Virus record (IMG/VR): IMGVR_UViG_3300042558_003926
Coordinates: 1 to 64,000 of that record
Reading direction: 5' to 3' (one strand)
Length of the DNA stretch: 64,000 nucleotides
The notes beneath the pieces are model-generated. The model made no database searches. It was not told the origin of the DNA and worked only from the letters and a program-made list of their open reading frames with translations. A program made the position numbers and the translations under genes. Positions 17,849 to 24,940 of the stretch are shown in pieces (position 1 is the stretch's first letter; each line of letters begins with the position of its first letter).

Positions 17849-18023
17849 TATTAAATTTAGACTTTGGTATGAGCATAAGCTAGATCCAAATTGGCTAGAA
17901 TCTATACCTTTCTATGAATATCAAATATGGATCGATAAACTGAACGATACCATAGAAAAAGAAAATGCTGAAGCTCAGGCTGAGGGAGGGGTTACCCAAT
18001 TATTTAGTTTTACATCTAAGTAA
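17760..18023 (+). CDS. Small tail assembly chaperone C-terminal module, probably expressed by frameshift from the upstream gene
   Basis: SLENFFDIKFRLWYEHKL...LESIPFYEYQIWI resembles the small T4-like ORF (YYxxNF...HHKY...ExMIPWER) that follows the hub chaperone. It overlaps the upstream gene in the +1 frame. Confidence 0.6.
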   Translation: MMRRSPLILPFPAGSDLFSLFQISLENFFDIKFRLWYEHKLDPNWLESIPFYEYQIWIDKLNDTIEKENAEAQAEGGVTQLFSFTSK

Positions 18024-18029
18024 GACTTA

Positions 18030-18037
18030 AATATATA
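18030..18037 (+). promoter_or_regulatory. Putative late promoter AATATATA
   Basis: Variant of the motif, just before 18043. Confidence 0.45.
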
Positions 18038-18042
18038 CAGAT

Positions 18043-19584
18043 ATGTCAGATCCTAAACTAACAGCTCAAATGTTAGATCTCAGTAGAAATATTGAGAAGC
18101 TAACAGGTGCAGTAAAAACTAATACCGAAAGCACAGATCAACTACAGAAAGCTAATTCCGATTCAGATAAGGGACTCAAGGATGTTGTTTCCAATTTGAA
18201 AGACCTAAATTTCAAAGAGATATCTAAAGAATTTAAGGACATATCCAAAAACATAAAGGATTTAGATTTTAAAAAAATAGGAGAAGATTTTAAGGGCGTA
18301 ACTAAATCTTTTGGAGATATCGGAAAAAGCATAGGCGATATAAAAAGTTTAAAAGATATACCCAAAAGCTTTGGTGATATATCTAAATCTCTAGGAGGGA
18401 TAAAGGATCTTGGTAAAGATTTTAAAGGTATAAAGGATCTGGGTAAAAACATTGGGGACGTAACCAAGGACCTCAAGGGAGTTGGTAAAATCAAGGATAT
18501 AGTATCGGGAGGCGTCGGGAAAAAAATACTAGGTGCTTTTGCTGACGGAGGTCCTGTTGATGAAACCGGCAGCTATCTTGTTGGTGAAAGGGGACCGGAG
18601 GTTGTTAAGTTAAACGAAGGTAGTAACGTTATACCTAATGAAAAGTTAGTTAGTGCAGACCAAAAACTTAGTGAAAAAAAGGGTCCTACAGAAAAGCAAA
18701 TATCTAGGTATAAAGATTATCTGCTTTGGGAGTATCCAGACCACTATGAGGAATTCCCTGAATTTCTAGAGAGTGATGTCAAGGATTGGATGGACAGTAT
18801 GAGATATCATTCTCCGGAGGTCATAGATAGTTTATTGGAGGGTAGGGGCGGAACATTTACTAAGGAGGATGTAGCTAAACTAACTTCTCCGACAAAAACA
18901 GAATTACCAGATACACTTACTGCAGAAGGTGAATTATCGAAAAAAGATAAGAGAAAAAAAGAGAAGGGAGAAGAGAGAATAGCTAAGGATAAAGCCAGAG
19001 CTGAAAAAAAAGAAGCTAACCTAGAAAAGAGTGCAGAAAGAAAGGAGAAGTTTAGCGGTCTAATAGGGAACATAAAAGAATCGGGTAAGAGTGCTTTAGA
19101 GGGTAAGAATATTTCTAAAGTTACAGGCTTAGGAGCTGGATTACTATCTAAAAATATAAAGACCGATAATCCTCTATTAAAAAAAGCAGCGGATATCGGT
19201 ATTAAAACATCTGCGGATAAATTAGGGAAATCTTTAGAAAATCCGGAACTGCTTTCCAATGTGCTCCCTCTTAAAAAAGCCCCGAATAAAAAGATGGAGA
19301 AGGAAGAAAAGAAATCGGAAATATCTGAATCCATCGAACCTAAAAAAGCAGAACAACCAAAAGCATCTACCACCGAAGCTTCTACAGTTAAGAGCGAAAC
19401 CGTAGCATCAGATAAATCGGAGTCAGCAGCAGGAAAAAGTTCAGAAAAATCCGAAACAAATCTATCAAAAGCCGATATAGATGATATGAAATCGGCATTA
19501 TTTAGAATGGTATCCCTATTGGAGGGAACATTAATGGTATCTACTATAGAATCACCATTCCGACCAAATTCAAAAAGAATCTAA
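18043..19584 (+). CDS. Tape-measure-like tail protein
   Basis: Amphipathic KD(I/L)xKx(F/I)G repeats; FADGGPV..GSYLVGERGPE motif typical of tape-measure proteins; follows the chaperone pair. Confidence 0.6.
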   Translation: MSDPKLTAQMLDLSRNIEKLTGAVKTNTESTDQLQKANSDSDKGLKDVVSNLKDLNFKEISKEFKDISKNIKDLDFKKIGEDFKGVTKSFGDIGKSIGDIKSLKDIPKSFGDISKSLGGIKDLGKDFKGIKDLGKNIGDVTKDLKGVGKIKDIVSGGVGKKILGAFADGGPVDETGSYLVGERGPEVVKLNEGSNVIPNEKLVSADQKLSEKKGPTEKQISRYKDYLLWEYPDHYEEFPEFLESDVKDWMDSMRYHSPEVIDSLLEGRGGTFTKEDVAKLTSPTKTELPDTLTAEGELSKKDKRKKEKGEERIAKDKARAEKKEANLEKSAERKEKFSGLIGNIKESGKSALEGKNISKVTGLGAGLLSKNIKTDNPLLKKAADIGIKTSADKLGKSLENPELLSNVLPLKKAPNKKMEKEEKKSEISESIEPKKAEQPKASTTEASTVKSETVASDKSESAAGKSSEKSETNLSKADIDDMKSALFRMVSLLEGTLMVSTIESPFRPNSKRI

Positions 19585-19587
19585 TAA

Positions 19588-19621
19588 AATTTTTTTTTCT
19601 CCAGACGTATAGTTACATTTG
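19588..19621 (+). promoter_or_regulatory. Putative early promoter (Bacteroidota primary-sigma type)
   Basis: AAT9CTCC-N11-TACATTTG (matches TAnnTTTG). Confidence 0.6.
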
Positions 19622-19646
19622 GCAGCTATACTGAAGGAGAATTTAT

Positions 19647-20213
19647 ATGCGCAAGGAAAAAGCTATTAAGGAGTTTAAGTTTAAAGATCTGTCATTTCTA
19701 GAGGATCGGTTTTTTAATAATTCTAATTGGAGGATTGTAAAATTTACAGATTCTAACGATTTATTTCACTATAGGGTATTTACTTCTGATGATTCTGACC
19801 TTATAATTGATCATAGGAGCGATAAGATATACTTAGAAATGGCGCAAACTTGGGCAAAAAATTCTTACTGCGAAAGAAAAAAAGTAGGTTGCTTGATAGT
19901 AAACAATAGAGCGGTGATTTCGGATGGATATAACGGATCACCTACTGGATTTCCTAATAGGTGTGAAATTAATGATGTAACATTACCTTACGTACTTCAC
20001 GCAGAGGCTAATGCCATAACAAAATTAGCTAGAGGAACTCAAAGTTCAGATGGGTCGGTTTTGTATGTTACTTTATCTCCTTGTTACGAATGTTCAAAAC
20101 TTATTATACAATCTGGTATAAAAAGAGTAGTTTTTAATCAGATTTACAGAAAAACTGAATCGATATCCTTTCTTGCTGAAGCTGGGATAGAGATAATAAA
20201 AATAAATATTTAA
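19647..20213 (+). CDS. dCMP deaminase
   Basis: KKVGCLIV, GYNGSP, HAEANAI, SPCYECSKLIIQSGI. Confidence 0.92.
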   Translation: MRKEKAIKEFKFKDLSFLEDRFFNNSNWRIVKFTDSNDLFHYRVFTSDDSDLIIDHRSDKIYLEMAQTWAKNSYCERKKVGCLIVNNRAVISDGYNGSPTGFPNRCEINDVTLPYVLHAEANAITKLARGTQSSDGSVLYVTLSPCYECSKLIIQSGIKRVVFNQIYRKTESISFLAEAGIEIIKINI

Positions 20214-20220
20214 TTACTGC

Positions 20221-20829
20221 ATGGAGAAAAATATACAGAAACTAGCCGAGGATTTTATGGAGACAAGATCAGATAGAGAATTTCAACCGTTATTTGACAG
20301 ACTTAGACCCGGCGTATTAAATCACTGTTTCCTTATTGTGAAGGAGAACGAATTAGCACAAGATGCTTTTATAAACACAATGGCTAAGATCTGGTTGAAG
20401 ATAGATCAATACGATAAGGAAAGAGGTAATTTTTCAACCTGGTGTTATAACATAGCAAGGAATGAATCTTTACTTTTATTGAAATCAAGAAAAAGATATT
20501 TTTCTCATAATGAATCAGAGCTAGATTTTCTGTCCTCCAAAAATTCAATCGGTGATCTGGGCGGAGTGTATCTTATGGAAGAGGATCCATGTAATTTTAT
20601 ATTTGGCGAGGAAAATAGTGTCGACGAGATATATGAGTCGGTACTCGATGAGATTAGAGATCTACCCGACCTTTATCGGGATATTATGATAGATAGGGAG
20701 ATCAATAATATGAAATATAAGGATATCGCTGAAAAGTACGGGATCAAGAAAAGATCCATAGCAACCCGTATTAGGAGGGCCAGAGGTAAAATCCGTAAAA
20801 AGATGGGCGGGAACAATAAACCCCATTAG
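20221..20829 (+). CDS. ECF-type sigma-70 family RNA polymerase sigma factor
   Basis: Region 2 AQDAFINT..KIW.KIDQYD..RGNFSTWCYNIARN; region 4 helix-turn-helix MKYKDIAEKYGIKKRSIATRIRRARGKIRK. Confidence 0.9.
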   Translation: MEKNIQKLAEDFMETRSDREFQPLFDRLRPGVLNHCFLIVKENELAQDAFINTMAKIWLKIDQYDKERGNFSTWCYNIARNESLLLLKSRKRYFSHNESELDFLSSKNSIGDLGGVYLMEEDPCNFIFGEENSVDEIYESVLDEIRDLPDLYRDIMIDREINNMKYKDIAEKYGIKKRSIATRIRRARGKIRKKMGGNNKPH

Positions 20830-20838
20830 CATATAATA
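20810..20838 (+). promoter_or_regulatory. Putative middle (ECF-type) promoter
   Basis: GGAAC-N16-ATATAATA upstream of 20850. Confidence 0.55.
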
Positions 20839-20849
20839 TAGAAAGAAGT

Positions 20850-21284
20850 ATGTTTAGGATTTTTAAAGTTATAAAGGAAATACGGCTCTACAGAGAGTAC
20901 ACCAGGATCGTAAAAAAAGAGGAGAAGGATTCTCAAATGTGGAAGAGAAGAAACTTAAGAAGAGACTATTTAAATAGGATTTATACCGTTATCAATCTCC
21001 CCTTACAGGTTCTTGCTTCTGTGGATTTACCTAGGGAATCCAGGCCTTCCTTTGTAGTACAAGAAATAAAACCAATAAACGAATATCTTAAATCCCTTAA
21101 TCTGGAAGAAATTATAACAATGTGGGTAGAGCCAGTTAAGGGGACAGACGAAGAATCATATCTGGTCGTTTATCAATTTCTTTTTAGATATATTACCTGG
21201 CTTTGGATTTTAAGGTTTATTTTGGAGATAGTCCTCATCTCCCTGGCTATTTATTATAGAGGTTTTTTATTTTCTTTCTTCTAA
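20850..21284 (+). CDS. Hypothetical protein with C-terminal transmembrane segment
   Basis: Hydrophobic C-terminus. Confidence 0.65.
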   Translation: MFRIFKVIKEIRLYREYTRIVKKEEKDSQMWKRRNLRRDYLNRIYTVINLPLQVLASVDLPRESRPSFVVQEIKPINEYLKSLNLEEIITMWVEPVKGTDEESYLVVYQFLFRYITWLWILRFILEIVLISLAIYYRGFLFSFF

Positions 21285-21295
21285 TCTAGTTTATA

Positions 21296-22099
21296 ATGTC
21301 TGAAGAGTTAATATTATTAAAGAAGAGGGAAATAGAGGAGAAGTTGAGAATCTATGAGGATTCTAACTTTACGTTTCATGAGGAGTCGCATGTTTATAGA
21401 TATTCAGGAGTAAAGTATGATTCAGTTACTACTTTTCTTAAGATATTCAAAGTTCCTTTTGATCGAGAATATTGGTCGAAAAGAAAAGCTGAGGAAAGGG
21501 GAGTGGATGTTTCCGTTATATTAAACGAATGGGAAACTAAGGGGGATGTGTCAAGAAACTTAGGGACTTTAGTCCATAAGTTCATAGAGGACTTTTGGTC
21601 GGGTGAAAATCCGGAAATTCCTGATGATGTGGATGTTAAGGATAGAGTCTTAAAATTTATGGAGGTCTATAATAAAAGACTACATAAGCTAACCCCATTA
21701 AAATCAGAGCTAAAGATATTTTCTAAAAAATGGAGGCTTGCTGGAACAATCGACCAGCCATTACTTTTATTCGATCCATCAACAGAAAGAGTACATTTAA
21801 TAATAGGAGACTGGAAAACCAACGGTGAATTTAAGGATGATAAACACCCTAAGGGGAGATTTAAAAAATTACTCAGACCTTTCAATAATCTATATGAGAA
21901 TGACCATAATGAATATTCAATTCAGATAAGTCTATATCGTCTTATATTAGAGGAGATTGGTATTGAGACCGAGAGCGGGTTCCTTCTTCATTTAGGTCCA
22001 GAGGATCCTAAGATTTACCCAGCTAAGGATCTCAGGGAACCACTAAGAGCATACCTTAATCAAAATAGAACAGAGTTTGATATTTTTAAAATAGATTAG
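21296..22099 (+). CDS. PD-(D/E)XK (RecB-like) exonuclease
   Basis: GTLVHKFIE, SELKIFS, LAGTIDQ, IGDWKT, YSIQISLY. Confidence 0.85.
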   Translation: MSEELILLKKREIEEKLRIYEDSNFTFHEESHVYRYSGVKYDSVTTFLKIFKVPFDREYWSKRKAEERGVDVSVILNEWETKGDVSRNLGTLVHKFIEDFWSGENPEIPDDVDVKDRVLKFMEVYNKRLHKLTPLKSELKIFSKKWRLAGTIDQPLLLFDPSTERVHLIIGDWKTNGEFKDDKHPKGRFKKLLRPFNNLYENDHNEYSIQISLYRLILEEIGIETESGFLLHLGPEDPKIYPAKDLREPLRAYLNQNRTEFDIFKID

Positions 22100-22130
22100 A
22101 AACAAAAACGTAAAGAATAACTAAAAAATA
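22099..22130 (+). promoter_or_regulatory. Putative middle (ECF-type) promoter
   Basis: GAAAC-N17-CTAAAAAATA upstream of 22144. Confidence 0.55.
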
Positions 22131-22143
22131 AAAAATAAACAAA

Positions 22144-22683
22144 ATGACAAAGAAAAAAGCACAAGAAATGAACACGGAGCAAATTGAAATGCCAGGTGGA
22201 TCTTCAATGGTTGATTTTGAAAACACTCAGTCTGGATCTTTCGAAAATAGTGTAATTGTTGATTCTGAATTGGTTGAATCTATAGAGAAGCAAATACACG
22301 ACAAAAAGGAAGAACTTAAGAGTAAGGTATATGCAGTAACTTGCTCTGAGTCTGTATTTACCGAATACGAGACCTTCATGAGAGAGAAAGCAGAATGGAA
22401 TTCTACTGAAGCTCTAGGTGTAATTGAAATCAATAAACAAATTGCTAGAATCAAGAAAGAAGGCATCAAAGATGGCGTGATCTATCTTGGTGCACTTCCT
22501 TTAGAGGCAAGCCATTACTTCCTTAGCAAATCAAAAGGAACTGGACTTAATAGTGCGGAGAGTTTTATCAAAATGTACAAAGTTTTCGATCAGGCATTAA
22601 ATGATGCTAAAGCGGATGCTTCGAGTATCAAAGAGCTAGAAAAACAATTGGCTGCTGCTATGCAGGGTATAACCTTAGGTTAA
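22144..22683 (+). CDS. Hypothetical protein
   Basis: 179-aa ORF with its own putative promoter and terminator. Confidence 0.7.
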   Translation: MTKKKAQEMNTEQIEMPGGSSMVDFENTQSGSFENSVIVDSELVESIEKQIHDKKEELKSKVYAVTCSESVFTEYETFMREKAEWNSTEALGVIEINKQIARIKKEGIKDGVIYLGALPLEASHYFLSKSKGTGLNSAESFIKMYKVFDQALNDAKADASSIKELEKQLAAAMQGITLG

Positions 22684-22695
22684 TCTAAAAAATAT

Positions 22696-22724
22696 AAAAA
22701 GCTAGCTACATGCTAGCTTTTTTT
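22696..22724 (+). terminator. Rho-independent terminator
   Basis: AAAAAGCTAGC-TACAT-GCTAGCTTTTTTT. Confidence 0.85.
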
Positions 22725-22746
22725 GTACGCCATAGTTTTTGAATTG

Positions 22747-22754
22747 GATATATA
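22747..22754 (+). promoter_or_regulatory. Putative late promoter GATATATA
   Basis: Upstream of 22776. Confidence 0.65.
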
Positions 22755-22775
22755 GATAGTAAAAATTATTTAATT

Positions 22776-23072
22776 ATGAAAATAGTAGAAAAAATTAAAG
22801 CTAATTATTGGGCGATCCTGCTTTTATTAATGCTCGTTATTCTTCTTAGACAGTGTGGTATTAGAAGAGATATAGACCGGATTGAAAAAAATGTAAAGAC
22901 AGTAACGGGGAAAACCGATTCTATTCAGAACACGATGGTTACAAGGGAGCAGGTTAAATACGAGATGAATGAATCAATGTTTAATTTCCTTATTTACGAG
23001 GATGATTTTGATAAAGGAAGAGCATCTCTATCAGATATAAAAAATAAAATCAATACCGATGAAGCGAAGTAA
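22776..23072 (+). CDS. Small N-terminally anchored membrane protein
   Basis: Transmembrane stretch WAILLLLMLVILL followed by a coiled segment. Confidence 0.65.
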   Translation: MKIVEKIKANYWAILLLLMLVILLRQCGIRRDIDRIEKNVKTVTGKTDSIQNTMVTREQVKYEMNESMFNFLIYEDDFDKGRASLSDIKNKINTDEAK

Positions 23073-23697
23073 TCTAGTTCGTGGATTTATCATAACGACA
23101 TTCGTTAGCTTATATCTGGTTGTTTCCATAATTTCTACGATACACGTTATTGATTTCTTTAAGCTTTCTAACCCTGATTGGTTGGCAATATCTCTAGCTA
23201 TTGCTTTTGAGATAGGAGCGGCTGCTTCGTTAGCTAGTCTTATAGCTTTGGATAAGATGAATAAAACGATGGTTTGGTTTCTTTTCGTCCTTCTAACTGC
23301 TATGCAGGCAATGGGGAATACTTATTACGCATATACGCATCTCGATAACTTTAATTCATGGATTGAACTTTTTGGACTAGTTGATGAAGAGCTGATCTAT
23401 CAGAAAAGAATATTGTCGATAATAAGTGGTGCAATTCTTCCTCTAGTAGCTCTTGGGTTTATTAAGTCTCTAGTTGATTATATTAAGCCAGATGAATCCG
23501 CCGGAATAGTTCAAGAAGAGGAGATAAATATAGATAATATAAGCGGAGATGAAAGTGAAAATACTGCAGAAGAGCAAGAGGTGAAGACAAGCGAGGTGAT
23601 TAAAGAAGAGATTTTGAACAATCAAGAACCTCAGCCTGATCCCGTTCAAAAAAGCAGAAATAACTTCATATACGAGGATCCGACCAGATTAAAATAA
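23059..23697 (+). CDS. Multi-pass (about 4 TM) membrane protein with acidic tail
   Basis: Four hydrophobic stretches; late context. Confidence 0.7.
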   Translation: MKRSNLVRGFIITTFVSLYLVVSIISTIHVIDFFKLSNPDWLAISLAIAFEIGAAASLASLIALDKMNKTMVWFLFVLLTAMQAMGNTYYAYTHLDNFNSWIELFGLVDEELIYQKRILSIISGAILPLVALGFIKSLVDYIKPDESAGIVQEEEINIDNISGDESENTAEEQEVKTSEVIKEEILNNQEPQPDPVQKSRNNFIYEDPTRLK

Positions 23698-23706
23698 TAA
23701 AGAAAC

Positions 23707-24375
23707 TTGGCAGATAACCAGAATAATAATTTTTATGGTGGAAGTGCTTCCGATATAGGATCTGAACTTTTTGCAGGAGGTAGCGCAGCATATCCGATGG
23801 ATCCTTTAGGTGGATCTACCGGTGGGTTTGTTACCCGATATACTAACATAGCTGAAATAACTCGGGATCTTGAGAGAGTTGAGGCAACTTTTAAAAGATT
23901 TAATGATCCGACAGAAATAAAATTCATAAAGGAGTCATTCCGTGTAACACAGCAGTCACAGACACTAAATTACGTAGATTTAGTAGATTTTTTCCATCCT
24001 CTCCAGGATTTCTCTGAATTTCAGAAAGTCTCAATGGTTATCGGTCCTAGATCATCAGCAAATCTAGATCCCGGATCTTTCTACGGAACTACGGGTGAGG
24101 TTTCCATGTTAATAGCAAGAGCATATTATCTTCCAGAAACACCGGAAGATCAGAAGGTTCTTTTCTGGGATTATAAGGCAAACGAGAGAAATATAATGGG
24201 AGAATTTATGGTCTTAACAGGAGCGGTTAAGAACGGGTCTCAATGGAGAGGATGGGACGTGGATCCTTTCTCTACTTACGGACACACAGGTAATGCTAAT
24301 AGCTCTGATGGTGGATTTATATTCACCAACCCCACTGACTACAACGTCAAGTTAACAGTAATAGCAGCAAACTAA
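23707..24375 (+). CDS. Putative virion protein, paralog of 24377..24862
   Basis: Shares MGE(F/L)M(V/I)L(T/S)G, GW and DGGxxFxNPxxD with the next gene. Confidence 0.6.
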   Translation: MADNQNNNFYGGSASDIGSELFAGGSAAYPMDPLGGSTGGFVTRYTNIAEITRDLERVEATFKRFNDPTEIKFIKESFRVTQQSQTLNYVDLVDFFHPLQDFSEFQKVSMVIGPRSSANLDPGSFYGTTGEVSMLIARAYYLPETPEDQKVLFWDYKANERNIMGEFMVLTGAVKNGSQWRGWDVDPFSTYGHTGNANSSDGGFIFTNPTDYNVKLTVIAAN

Positions 24376-24376
24376 G

Positions 24377-24862
24377 ATGGCAACACAACCAATAACATGC
24401 CCATATGATGTACTGGAAGGATTTAGATTCAACCGAGGAAATCTCGTACTTGATACAGGTAGAACTAATAACCCACAGCAATACCTAAGTATGTCTGATC
24501 TTTCCTGGGAGATCCAGAATTTTGCTAGGAACAGAGCAATGCTAAATGAATCTTCTTGCTATCTTTTAAGTCAGCCCGATGTAGCTGATGAATATGGATT
24601 TGTTTCCTTTATTGCTATAAAAGCAATATTTCCTAGTAATATAGTAGAGTCAAAAAAATACTTAACTTGGACATACCAGGGAAAAACATATTACATGGGT
24701 GAGCTTATGATTTTAAGCGGTAAAAGAATATCCACTGTTGATGCTGGTCACGAGGGATGGAATCTAAGTAAGCCAGGAACAACTCAGCAGGATGGGGGAA
24801 TTACTTTCTGCAATCCACACACTGATATAAAAATAAGGTTAGAGATGCTAATCGGACAGTAA
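24377..24862 (+). CDS. Putative virion protein, paralog of 23707..24375
   Basis: Same shared motifs as the previous gene. Confidence 0.6.
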   Translation: MATQPITCPYDVLEGFRFNRGNLVLDTGRTNNPQQYLSMSDLSWEIQNFARNRAMLNESSCYLLSQPDVADEYGFVSFIAIKAIFPSNIVESKKYLTWTYQGKTYYMGELMILSGKRISTVDAGHEGWNLSKPGTTQQDGGITFCNPHTDIKIRLEMLIGQ

Positions 24863-24911
24863 AACCCGCATTGGGTTAAATATATACTGTAAAAGTTTTG
24901 TATTCTGTTTG

Positions 24912-24919
24912 GATATATA
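24912..24919 (+). promoter_or_regulatory. Putative late promoter GATATATA
   Basis: Upstream of 24941; a second AATATATA lies at 24879. Confidence 0.65.
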
Positions 24920-24940
24920 ATTTGAAAAAAAAATTTAACT

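Noticed and set aside
18138-19373. Minus-strand ORFs 18138..18494 and 18807..19373, and the many other short antisense or nested ORFs in the track
   Set aside because: They are antisense shadows of + strand genes, with S/L/F/I-rich composition, no motifs and no promoter or terminator support.
21296-22099. Cas4 call
   Set aside because: It lacks the Fe-S cysteines and has no cas neighbours; a generic PD-(D/E)XK nuclease fits better.
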